A stretch of DNA of 64,000 nt from Antedon mediterranea (taxonomy: Eukaryota > Animalia > Echinodermata), in the NCBI RefSeq assembly GCF_964355755.1, contig NC_092670.1, positions 4,330,201 through 4,394,200 on the forward strand. The letters are read 5' to 3'. Shown in pieces: positions 1-13,000 of this stretch (position 1 is its first letter; every line of letters starts with the position of its first letter). The notes under the pieces were generated by a model. The model made no database searches and was not told where the DNA came from. It worked only from the letters and a program-made list of their open reading frames with translations. Made by a program: the position numbers and the translations under genes.

Positions 1-282
1 ATGATTCATAGACAAAAATAAACGATATATAAATGATATTTACTGTATGAAACCAGGGAAGAGTGAATCTTCCCTGATGAAATGAGTCACCAATTACATA
101 AAAATACTAAACCAGTCTACTGGTAGGCATATTTTAAAGTTCAAATAATATAATTATTTTGTGGCAGTAATAATAAATAAAGTAAATCCTTCACTATGCC
201 TCACTCATAAATCAAAATTTCTTAATTAATGGTAATTTTTATTTGAGCATAAAAGTATTTATAGATACTTATTTATAGTAAT

Positions 283-690
283 ACTGTATCATAAAACTCC
301 TCTCGAAAAAAAGCCCCCTCTGTGGTTTGTAAAAGTAATCTCGAAAAGAAGAGTTATTATCTTGAAATCAAACCCCGCTTCAAGATAGACTGCATTTTAA
401 TGCCAAAGGAATATAAATATATGAAGATGTTTTAATGACCTTGCAACCCTTAATGACCTTACAACCCTTAATTATCTCAAGAATCAAGAATCAAGAATCA
501 TATAATATATTCATTCTATTGTTTGGTACGTTGATTGCATCTTCTTCTTGTCTGCTTCGAGAATTTCAAAACTTACAGCATTCATTTCGAGAAGAAGCCT
601 TCTTCAGCTTGGAAAAGTAATTTCGAAAAGAAGCCCAGCAAAGAGTTTTTTTAAGAGAAGCCCATGGGTTTTACGTTAGTATTTCAGAAA
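283..690. mobile_element. Degenerate non-autonomous DNA transposon/MITE (TA-C[C/T]GTA-type ends); related pieces at ~24750-24850, 35630-35840, 39140-39240, 61692-61790
   Basis: Recurrent tcgaaaagaag / gatagactg..ttt.aatg / atgacctt.ca / ttgattgcatcttct blocks shared between these loci. Confidence 0.5.
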
Positions 691-2928
691 CTTCCTATGA
701 TTAATGATAAATAATGTTTTAATATAGTAGATTTAAAAAGCTCAGATATCTGCGTTTTCTGGGTCTAGGAAACTCAGATACTGCATGTATAATTATATCC
801 GAGTTTTCTAGATCCGAGTTTGCTGAACACCTCCAGCACCGCTTTAGACCAAAGCAACCAGCTCGCAATGGGTGTGTGTTATAACGTCATGCCAGAATAA
901 ATTATTGCGGCCCTTTCTTTAATATTGTTATAGCCTACCGGTGTTATTATACAGTTTTAATTTCTGTAATTTGTATTTTTAGTTTTGAAATTAAATTAAT
1001 TTTTAACATTTAACAGTACCACTGAACTTTTGATAGCGAAACAAGGCGTTGATAGTATTGTGTTTCTGTACTTTACTATAGTTCACAAAGTTGCAATGTG
1101 TGGTATCAATAATTAATTTTCAAAGTACTATTAATGATGTTTAAAAGATTACCACTTCATGAGTCATAGTGAATTTATTTCCTCTGTCTTAAGTGCTTTC
1201 GAAACAAACACTATGAATTGTTTCCAGATGTTATAGTTCTGGAAAATGATACTTCGATTTGAAAATTGCAAAATTATTAGACTTAAAGGAAATGTCTTCA
1301 TAAATCTTGACAAAACAAACGCAATGAATACGGTAAGACAAGACACCACTTTTAAATCATATACATTTTTCCATAGCCAATCAATAGCCTCAACATTGAG
1401 AAATGTTTCTCAGTAGACATCGGCCAGATTGCGTTTTTTGAAGCAATTCAAAAGTGATAATATATTCTTGTTATAGAATTTGAATAATGATCTTTACAAA
1501 ACAAGGTGAATGTGCTAATGATCTCTATCAAAGCGTATGAACGGCATACTAAAATAAATTTATAAAGTATCAAATCACCACAACTAAGTTTGTAAAAACT
1601 TGTATACATGTTCAAATCGAGGATTGTTACGCAATTCTCACACTAAATCTAAGGTAGACCTATACATATTAAAATTAGTTCGTAGACCTCTCAACTGGCC
1701 TTTAGCTAACACTTAATAAAATTTAATTAATCAATTTTGAATTGTGCAATAATCCGACAGATCATCCCATATCCTATACTTCAGCGTATTGGTAATTTGT
1801 CCATAATACAGCATAAACACAACACATCAATATTGTGTAGTCTTTAATCTAGCCTTGACCCACTTGAACTCTTTATGATACTTCTTATTAAATCATAAAA
1901 CTGGAATTATAAGGGTTAAAAACTCCGGGTAAGAATATAATATTATGCGACGTCTAGGTTGGGAGAGATCAGGTGACTGCTTTGCACAGTTAAAGTTTAT
2001 TTACCATTATTTCAATGTTATTTAATAGCAGTATAACAGCAGTGTATACTGCATATTTAGAAACTTTAATAGTTTGATTCTTATTCAACCAAAATTACTA
2101 TAATTATAATCAGGACAATAATGAATATTGTATAGGCCTAAGTAAGTTAGTTGAGTGATAGGAGACATCAATGAGGCAGAACCGAGTCCGCATTTTTATC
2201 CATTCAACGAATATAAAACATTCAATAATTGGATCTATAACACGCCTACTATTCTAAAGTAAACTTTTAATTAAAATAATCGACCGCGAATCCATCTTGA
2301 ATCAAATGCAACTATTCAAAAATGCGGTGCTTTATTTTTACCCGCAGAACTAAATATTCGATATTCGCATTGTTTTTCAGCTATTGCTTCGTTAACCGTG
2401 CAATAGAGCCGTTTGATAGAACTTTATGAAATAGAACTATAACCAAGTAGATGCAGTTATTGAAAAATGTGATTATTAATAGGCGTTATTTGATAACCTT
2501 AAATCGTTGGATTTTTCAATCATAACAGAGTATGATGATCGAAAGAACATTATTTTGTATAAATTATATCTTGTAATTATTTTATAATACACCACGATAT
2601 ACAGATACCGGAATAATATTGTATACCAATACATTGCCAATTAAATTTTATTTATTTTTTCTTTGTTGTAGGTGTGTTGAATTAATAGGTACCTAGATTC
2701 TTCGATCAATAATAACCGGATATATTGTGTGGACATCAAACACCAATAGCATTCATTCAAGGTGAACAGGAGTATTGAACTCTATTGCACAGGAAACTAT
2801 AAAACGTCTTGAATAAAAAAGCTCGAACATTACGGTTAGGTCAGCCAGTTTATACTTAACACCTTCTTTGAGTATTTGAAATAAATAACTTATTTACTGT
2901 TTACCAGCAAAACAGATGTAACAACATC

Positions 2929-3996
2929 ATGACGGCAAATTTAACAAATATAACCCAACTCAAAAAATGTACGATGCCTGATATTTATGAAAGTGATGTT
3001 GCAGATAGTAAAACTGCTTTAAAGGGAATATTCATATCACTCGTTATCATCTGTGTCTTGATCGTTTTTGGAAACACAGTAGTTGTTTCCACATTTCTTC
3101 ACTACCGTAAACTTCGTAGGCCAAGAAATATCTTTGTTTTCAACCTCGCTCTGACGGATTTGTCTGCCGGATTAATGATGCCTATTCAAGTATTGGTTGG
3201 TGCATCGGTAACTGACGCTATTGGTTCCACTTTTGTTGTCATTTCTCTTCTAACCGTTCTTGCAATTGCCGTAGAGCGATTTATTATCATAGTTGTGGCA
3301 CCAACTAAGCACAGGGATATTGTTACCAAGCGGGGAGTGATCACTACATGTGTTTGTTTCTGGGTGATTCCACTCGCAATTATCGTTCCATTTTCATCGT
3401 ACACAGAGGCATATATCCTCATTGTGTTGAACCTTGGACCATGGCTTATGATATTTGTGTCAATAGCTGTTGTCATTCTTTATGGCGCGATATTTATAAA
3501 GATCAGGCGACACGAGCGAAGAATGAGAGGAAAATCTGGAAGTAAGCGAAATGAATTACGCGAAGCAGAGCGCGTAGTAAAGGCATTTGCGTTGATTGTT
3601 GCCCTCTTTTCTGCATGTTGGTTACCATGGGCAATCGAAGCTCTTCGTATAAACTTCTCACTTTATATAATCACACATGAAGCAAGATGTTTTCGAGGGA
3701 CAGTGGCCTTTTATGTATGTCTCTGTATTGGTCTGCTAAACTCTGCACTCAATCCATTGGCCTACTGGTGGCGACTACCAGATTTTAGACAGGGTGTTGT
3801 CAAGTTAATTCATACTGCTTTACCTTGTTACGAAACACCAGAACCGTTTGGATCACACTCGCAAAAAAGCGACAAATTTCCAGACTCTAGTCGGAGAGAT
3901 GATGGACTTCTTAATATTAGCAAAGACATTTCTCATGGTAGATCTGTAGCCGGACCATCACATTGTATCAATACTAACGGCACTGCTAAGCGCTGA
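2929..3996 (+). CDS. Class A (rhodopsin-like) GPCR, single coding exon, 355 aa; orphan, MECA-group/adenosine-receptor-like features
   Basis: Seven hydrophobic segments; TM1 GN, TM2 NLALTDL, TM3 AVERF (DRY-like), TM6 FSACWLP, TM7 NSALNPLAY, helix 8 PDFRQG. Likely 5'UTR splice acceptor at 2671 (ctttgttgtag). Confidence 0.93.
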   Translation: MTANLTNITQLKKCTMPDIYESDVADSKTALKGIFISLVIICVLIVFGNTVVVSTFLHYRKLRRPRNIFVFNLALTDLSAGLMMPIQVLVGASVTDAIGSTFVVISLLTVLAIAVERFIIIVVAPTKHRDIVTKRGVITTCVCFWVIPLAIIVPFSSYTEAYILIVLNLGPWLMIFVSIAVVILYGAIFIKIRRHERRMRGKSGSKRNELREAERVVKAFALIVALFSACWLPWAIEALRINFSLYIITHEARCFRGTVAFYVCLCIGLLNSALNPLAYWWRLPDFRQGVVKLIHTALPCYETPEPFGSHSQKSDKFPDSSRRDDGLLNISKDISHGRSVAGPSHCINTNGTAKR

Positions 3997-6900
3997 ACAG
4001 TCACTTTATTAGCAGCCGATTACCATTACTGGTACCTGAAAGTACGCCTGCAGTCGCCAAGTACCATCATTTTATAATTTAACACAAACAATTATTAACA
4101 TTCCATTAGAAATTCCATAATTTGCAAAACAGAAGAAGAAACTGCAATTATTTCACACCATGGTCTGCTGGTAATAATGCCCACTCTGACTAGCAACTAT
4201 TTAGGAATAACAACATACCATAAGTACCTAGAACCAAGGAATTAAAAACAGAAAGTTAAAGTGTGAAGACCGGGAGGAGATGTTTAGAATGGGCTGTTGT
4301 TCCGCATTTAATCACTACTTTCAAACAATTCATTAACTGTGTACAGTTGGAATACGATAGACTTAATTAATCAAACTTTTTTCTTTTTCTAATCAAAACA
4401 TAAAGTTTAGATATGTATATTTAGTAGGCTTAGATCAAACATATCTTAGAAGAACTTCATAACTTGTTTTTACCATTACTTTATTATTTCTCTTTGAACT
4501 TTTTAATTGAGTTACATAGTACAATATTTGATCTATTGTAAGTCCATGCTAATGGTGCATCGAACCTTCAGTACCCTATGGCTGTTGGATAATAAACAAT
4601 ATTTTGTGTAATGAAATGACATACATTGTACAGATTGGTAGAGGCTAAAATTTGCCATTGAAGTACCGGTAGGCAAGTTTGGGTTTTTACAGTTGTATAA
4701 AACGTGTATGTAGCAGCATAATTATTATGTCTTGTGTGCACAATCTGCATCCTTGAACTTCTTAGGCCTATATAAATGTATATTTAAGATGTTTTGCAAT
4801 TCACTGCCACTTTAACCTCTTGTTTCTGTCGGGAAGATCATAAATTAACCAAATGTGTTACCAAAAGTAATTGATAATTGAAACATCGCAAAATGCAATA
4901 ATTTAAAAGCAAAAATAAGTGAAGTTGTGAGAAAATTTATGAAGAATGGAAATGGGTTGTTGAATCTATCGAAATCGAACAAAACACCGAATAATACACA
5001 CCAAAATACAATAATAGCCAAATGTTGTTGATACGTATTATGTAATTAATCAATTGGTGATATCATCGTAAAAATGATAATATTCAGTACTTTGCAAATT
5101 GTGAGTCATCGGGAGAGAAATATAGGCGTGGCTCAGCTCTATTCTACTTCTCCTCAGCTGAATGCAAATCATTCCATTCTTTATATTTTCTACTTTGTCA
5201 AGTTTTGAAATGTAAATCGTTTTTGGATAATCGCAATCGTAAATGTACTGTAAATATTGTGTTATTGTGTTGTTCAATTGTTATTTTTAATAAATTGTAA
5301 AATAGCAACAAACGTGTATATTATAATATTATACTTGTATCGTCGTCTCACACCTGCCTAACTAGTGTGCTGTATAAACTCATCAACAAGTGTTTCTCTT
5401 TATCTTTTACCAAAAATTAATCTATCTATCTTAATGCGTCACTCTAAAATGTAATGTTAGAAGTTACAAATTAATAATGCAATGTTCTATTCTAGGCCTA
5501 AATCTATATTATTAATTTTGTTTAAAAGTATGCACTTAAAGAACACGTGTATAGGATTTAATAAACACACTATCACACGAAGAACGTAACAATCAACTAT
5601 TGAACAAACGTAATAATTCCTTTTTTTTAGGTGAGGTTGGAACATATAAAATGTTGGTTTTTGATAGAATGCATAAAAAACTAACTATACGATCTCCAAA
5701 GCACGACACAGGTCGCACGTTTAGTTTATTGACGGTGTTTGATGGTTGTGAAGGACGGATGAATCGGGGCACGAAATAAACACCCCAAACGGACGATTAA
5801 CGACGTATGGTATCAAAACAGCACACTTTCAGGAAACAACGCGTCTTCGTATCTCTGCGTTTTCAGAAATTTGCCAAAACTTGTGTTGAAATGTACATTA
5901 TTCCTCATAATAAATTCAGTATCAAACAATAATATATTTTATCACAACTTTTGATCTAATCCATGTGAAGGACAAGCATAAAACGGTAATTTAGGACGTT
6001 ATTAACAATTACGACCGACTTGATTTACAAAATACGACAGCTTACTTTATTACAAAATGCAAAAGTTGTTACAAAATACGACCATTTATTATTACAAAAT
6101 ATGATTTAACAAGCGTTAATATTAATGTAGTACTGTACATAGAAAGATGCCCTTTACTTTCTATAGTTTATGCCATCCGGTCAGTTTTTTTGTTTTGCAC
6201 AATTGGATCTTGTCACACGGTTGGTGGGTTAGTTAAGGTTGTCAATACTTGTAAGCACGCCAAACAGTCGTAATATCGATCGTTTTGCTTCGGCCTATTT
6301 TTAAAATTTGTTTTTATTGTTTATATTGTTTCGGAAAAAAAACACGGAATAACTTATTTTCTAAGAAAAGTTTCTACTGTTTTAGGCCTAAGATTTTCTT
6401 CTTTTTTTTAAATCCCATCAATGAACACATATCATACATCTAAATCATACAACATTCCGTAATTCTGTCGAGCGCGCGAGTCTTTTTTTTTTACATTTCA
6501 TTTTTCCTCCTACAAGGTATTAAGTATATTACCGCCGGTACACTTGTGGTTGACTCCACAAGGTTGTATTGTATTATACCGGTAGTGAAAACAGTAAGAC
6601 ACTTTACCCGTTTCGCATTAACGAGATATCCGCATTTCCCTGAGATATGCAATACCTTACAAAATGAATTTGCGCTTTTTAATCCAAGGAACACGCAGGT
6701 GTGGCAATTCAAAGTTCATCTGTACTACCTGAATTATGTAGGGCTGGTAGGCTTATGTGAAGTGAGTGCGGATCCTTACCATTCGCATGTTCTCTATGGA
6801 AAGCTTAGTTGCGTGCCATACACACTATGACTTTTCATCCCTCCCCCAGACGGTTTATTGTACACATGGCGGAACGAGCTGGTGTTGAAGGAACCCATGT

Positions 6901-7710
6901 GTAGTCTATGGTGTTGAATTGTTGACATGGATGTCATACACAGCCTTAGCATAGGTGACATTAATAATGACAGTAGTAGTGGAGTACTCCCAAATGTAGA
7001 TACCCCATTCTCTGCAGCTCTCATCCAGGATAAGTGCTACTTGATCTCTCCCGTCGGCTTTTGGTTTTCGACGGTCCCATGTGCCTCGCGGTGGTTGGCT
7101 CATTTCAGTTTTAGTCTATTAGTATTATAGTCATTTGTGTTGTTTAATGTCAGTTTCATTTATGTTGGTCATTGCTCACGTCTGGTGCTGCTCGGTATTA
7201 TTGTTGTGACGTCTAGTCTTTTGTGGTACGCAATGACTTATTTGCATATTTTCCACCTGTGTTTTGGTTGAAATAGACGAGGTAATTGTAAAGGTTGTGC
7301 AAACGAAATGAATAAAATGAATGACAGGCAGTGATTAAAAACTAGTTGTCCCAAATATCTAAGGTAGGCCTATATATTATATTTGTCGGTCGATGTTTCT
7401 ACATGATTCATTGTTGTACCGTTGCATGTGTTGAGAGTGAATTAGGTTTTTAAACATTTCCTTTGTTATGGTCTTTTTCTGTTTTCTGTTTTCAGTGTAA
7501 CTAAGGTCTATAATACCTAATCAGGAAATTAGTTGTATGTACTATTTATGTATAATCAATATGTTGTATTATGTCACCCCTTTCCTTTAGTCGGACTAGC
7601 CCATCTGTTAAGACCAATTTTATTAGCGGATATAATCGGGCCAATCGAGCATTCATGCTGGTTGCGCATTTTTCACGAGTATAATATTAATACGTTTGCG
7701 CATGCATTAA

Positions 7711-7870
7711 GGGTCTTTCACACATGTTTCGGCACGGTTCCGGTCCGGCGAATGTTTCGTTTTCACGACGCTATGCACCAAATTGATATGCGTGTAGCCG
7801 CGTGAAAACGAAATATCTTCGATTGGATTTTCCGGCGCCGCACCGGAACGGAACATGTTTGAAAGACCCT
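7711..7870. mobile_element. Palindromic MITE with TTAA target (Kolobok-like), copy 1
   Basis: TIR gggtctttcacacatgtt / aacatgtttgaaagaccc flanked by TTAA; inverted copy at 17633-17782. Confidence 0.75.
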
Positions 7871-10096
7871 TTAAAGACCCTTTAGTCAACGCTTTCGAAT
7901 CTCGAATAATTTCACCTAGTGAAAAACAGGCTTTATAATTAGATGGATGACTCCATTTCCTATTTTGTTGTGCAATTTAATATTCAGTCTCCGTCAAAAA
8001 AATGAAAATCGGCGCTATCCTATTTAGTTTTCTTTGTTCAATTTATAGCAAATATGAGTCATATTTTTACTAGGCGTTCAAGCATTACTGTATAGAAAAA
8101 AAACCTGACTACTATACTGTATATCATTCATCATATAGGGTGTGGTTTAATTATCTGAATCACAAAGACTTAAATCAGCCACTATCGTATAAATGAATAA
8201 ATGCAGCAGACACATTAGTTATTTAATGTTCGACATTATCCTATAATATTAAGTAGTGAGTCACTTTCATAAAAATAAAATATAATAAATACGTACAAAA
8301 ACAACAAGTACATTTCTAATAGGCATAATAATAGTCCCTGTGGCAGGGGGATTACCACCTATCTGATAGACCAGTGGTTCATTTACTATTGGTAATACAT
8401 GGCCATGTGCGGGACAAAGTAATAAAAGTGAAGCTTGTATTTCGATGTCTACAGCATGATTAGGGAGATTAAGTTTGTCTCATGTATAGATCTTGCAAAA
8501 ATATAAAAAAAAGTTTGCAGATACCTAATGAAGATTACGAAGAAAATATTGCTATCCTTATACTATGTACAGGTATATATTTTGAAACACTATGTATACA
8601 ACGTGGTGCCCACTAGGACGCAGCCTATTCATGTATTCAAAAATAAAAACATAGAAATATATAAAATGGACAATCAACACATTTAATTAGGCCTATAATA
8701 CAAACAACAGCAGCTACTGCAATACAAATTAATAAAACAAGACATAGTGATTCGTAGTTTATTGTTTTGTTCTAAATTATTTTCTTTAAAAAAATATACA
8801 TTTATATTTCATGTTAATCAGAATTCAATACAATATTAACAATAAAATATACTAAATATAAAAACACCAGATATATAGATGGTAATACATAGATTTACAA
8901 TTATTAAAAGATATCAAGATTATAAAAATCAAGGTGAAACAACATTATTATGCGGCATAAAAAGTATAAATTTTAAATATATTATTCAATTTTAGAGTAC
9001 AACTAAACAAACATATTAATATATTCTTTCAAAATGTACACATTTTCATAATTTGATTAAAAATTAATGATATCATCAGAAATTATGATAGGCCTACAGT
9101 TACTTATTATTATTACTACATTTTCCAACAACAAAATGGCGATCCTCCGCAAGACCTGTTAGCCTTCATATTGCTTCTCGAAAAACATTCAGCATTGAGT
9201 TTTGCTTTTCATGTCTATAATCTATATTGATTGGTGATTGTGAAGTTTATTTGGAACAATATATTTGCCAGAAAGAGAAAGTTTGTAGGTACCTAATCAA
9301 TTTTAGGGAAAGAAAATGAGGTGATGATTACGAAGAAAATCTTGTTATCGTTAATACTATGTACAGGTATATACGTGAAAACACTATGTATAAAACGTGG
9401 TTCCCACCATGACGCAGAGTATTCATGAACATGTATACAGTGGGGACACAGTTTTTTGTTGTGCGTACGTCACAACAGTGATGATGAATCATAAATTGCG
9501 TTGCGTCGATTACGTTGCATTGAGGAAGAATTTCCCTCTAGTGGGAACCAAAATTATAGGCGTGTTTTAATATTTGAGTAAAAAGTAAAAAAAATTTGAG
9601 CAAAGTAAAAATAGCATCTTGGACTTGCATTATAAACCTTTAAAGTTCTTATATATCACTCTATGCTATAATTTTAAATTTATTATTTCATTTCTGTGTT
9701 CATCTTGAATTAAAACATTTATGTTTGTGTGAATTGAGGAATTAAGTAATCCCTTTATTATTATTATTATTTATCATTTTAATCTAGTTTCAAGAAGATT
9801 AAAACCATAAGATTATGAAAACCATCTTATATATTATGTATAGTGTATAAAAATTATCTTAAACTTTTGGTTATATATTCTGTATATTATTTATTTATAT
9901 GCATTGTTTACCACACAAGAAAAACAAAGAATAAAATAATTTGAAAAAATGAAATATAATTTTTATGTTGATTGAACAAAGTACACAGTTTGACAAATGA
10001 TGTTGTAGGCCTCATTAAATGATCCTTACAATCCCAACACCTAAATGCAAAGATATGTATTTTACAAATGCTGCTGTAGTGTTATTAATGCTGTCA

Positions 10097-13000
10097 TTAA
10101 ATGTAGCTAGTAGGAAAGACACCTACTTGGCCATTTAGTTCGCCTTTACTCCATCCATCATCCATACTTTCAAGAACTTTTAAAACATCACCTGTAAAAA
10201 TAATGTAAATTTACTATTACTATTTACTACCTTTACTTCAACATTAAAAATGATTGTATAGTGCTTATTAAAGTATCATGATGTTTGTTCAGGATAGGGA
10301 TGCGTGTGAAGTAAGCATTCATTGGCTGGTGCCGCTAAGGAGCCAAATGATATCAGATATAGTAGTGTTAGCCGCTTTTAAAGATGTTACAGTATAGTGC
10401 AGCCCAATAAATATGTTTTCCTCTCTGACGAAGGGAGGGGGGTTAGTTGGGGGACAACCAGGCACCGCCTTCCACCTCGATGGCACCACCACTGTATTAT
10501 ATAATAATAATTGATATTTTTTTCTTAGTGCTAACTGTTATCACATGGAAAATCACTAGGCTATAGTAGTAATTCAAATTAATTCAAAATAACATTTATT
10601 TACTTCCCTTTTAAGATTGAAACAAAAATGGAATAAATAAGAAATAACATGGACAAATAACAATAAATCAGGGGGAGGGGGAGGGAAGGAAGAAGAAGGC
10701 AGGATCCCAGAAAGATACAGGATCTTGAGTCGGGTCTGCCTCGGACATAAAATGAAGGAACAAAGACAAGCGGGATAAGAGACGGGACAAATCAACCGAA
10801 AACAACCAGGACATTAAACACTACAGACTGTAATTGTGTATAGTAAAAGTAATTGAACCATTCCCTACAAATGAAGACACCGTTCAACTTGTTTTTATAC
10901 AGATTAAGACCGATAGATAAAGCTAAAGCCTAAACCACTGTCCTCGGTCAAGGCTACGTCAAAGCGATTCTGCTTGTTCAGGAAGTTACATTTTTCCCTT
11001 AGATTATAAAATCATACATGGATTTCACTTACACAGGCTACTTTACAAACAGGTTGAGTGAGGACACAATGAGATACAACATTATCGTTCTAATAATACA
11101 CTATTATTCTAATAATATACAGTAATTTATAACATACTGTGTTTAGCCAGTATTGCTAAAGGGTATTCAAAGTCAACCTATATGAAAATAACATTTTCCA
11201 TTTTTGAAATATTATATTGTATTTTGGAACATATAATTATATTTAAACAACAACAAAGAAATAACTTTCTGCATGTAAAAAATCTATTTTAGTAGAACTA
11301 TAAAATATTATATATAAAATGGTTATTAGAAGGAACAAGCAGGATCAGAGGGTGACTATCTCCGTGCCAGTCATCTAAAGAGTAATGGGCCCAAAGCCTG
11401 TCAAAGATTTGCATCTATGGGGATTAGCTTAAGGTGGACTGAAATATGAAAAATTAATTGTAAAAATTGTAGGTATGTGAATTTATAGCTGCTATATTTT
11501 TCCCAATTTTCATATGAAAATTTATGAGCACTAAATATGACATATTTATGATGGCCAGTGCCAAAGATAAATAAAAGCGTTATTGTGTACTTGACTGATT
11601 CTTTCCCAAACGAAATAGTTGGATTGCTTAAATTAATTAGAAAACTACTTGCTGATTTGTGTGTCAAGTAGACCAAATATTTCATTACAGCAAATAGAAT
11701 TAAACTTTGAAGAATTTAACATTATAATTAAATCATTATTAATTATGACGACTAAGGCTACTTGGTAATGGCTAAAAATATTTGTCATAAAAACAGCTTT
11801 TATTAAAAGTAGACTACATACATAGAGCCATAGTGATAGTGCTCATGCAATTCTTCATACAAGAATATAGTGTAGTGTAGCTTGGTGTTTAACATGCTTG
11901 CTTTCCAATACCAAGGTCAGGAGTTCAATCCTTACCTAGTGCCTGGGTTGTAACACAACTCTTTCAACTCCACTGCCTAAGCCTCAAATTATACTTAGTT
12001 TATAAGCGCGACAAATTATTAAATAGTTTATCTATCCTGTAATTGACGAGTTACTCGCTGTTGGATGCGTATGAAATAAAAAATTTTTTTATAAAAGACT
12101 TGCCTTGTTTTATAGTAAGCTCATCATTTTCTTGTGCATCATAGTCATACTTAGCAATAGCTTGTTTATATACACAGTCATCATATGCTGGTGGGTTGTA
12201 AGTGCTAGATACCTGGTCACCTTGTACGGCTACTATTGCTTGGTGTGTTGCTACTTCATTCATTGTCTCACCTGTAATAATAATAATGTAAACATATTTA
12301 CCACTCAATTGCTTAAAAGCTCTGTCTACACTATCAAACTAGTTTACAAAAACAGTATGATGTATCCAAATATGGTAGTGACATTCCCAAATATGGTAGT
12401 GATATGACATCATTATGTCCATATATGGGCACATCACATTTTTTTGTCCCGTAAAGTTTTATTGTGTAGACAAGCTTTACAAACCAATGAAAAAAAATGT
12501 TTAATAAATTGTTGGCTTCATGTAATAATGAAACAAACAGGCCTATAAACATTTTTGAAAGTTTTGTTTGAATTAAAAACAATCACAAAGATTTTGACCA
12601 ACAATGACCACCTTTTGAATGCCCCTCTTCATCTAGAATTTTTAAAAAGATTATTTAATATCTGAGTAGGCTACCTAAAAAGATCATCAAGATCAACGAA
12701 TGAAATAATTGAACTAAACGTATTTAAGTACTTTTTTATAATTGATTTAAATGTGGAGTATTGCACAAGCATGGTTATAACATGGAGGAAATATACAGTA
12801 TATATTTCCTCCATAGTTATAACATGGAGAAATTTCTCCATGGTTATAATGACCCCTTTAACAGCTTAAGTTATTCTAATTATTAATGCTCCATTGACTT
12901 TGGATCATGTTATTATCAAGTACAAATTACTCTTTCAATACCGGACTCTCTGAAAACAGGAAACTCTCCCAAAACCAGACCTTTTCTTGAGGTCCAATAG

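Noticed and set aside
1100-1600. Possible decayed coding sequence upstream of the GPCR
   Set aside because: No recognisable motif in any frame.
3186-3545. Antisense and alternate-frame ORFs within the GPCR (likewise 29392-29577 and 63683-63970)
   Set aside because: Shadows of real coding exons.
11033-11089. Possible 57-nt cassette exon in the last NOSTRIN intron (AG...GTAAGT on minus)
   Set aside because: In the phase-1 context it introduces an immediate stop within the SH3 domain; no support without RNA data.
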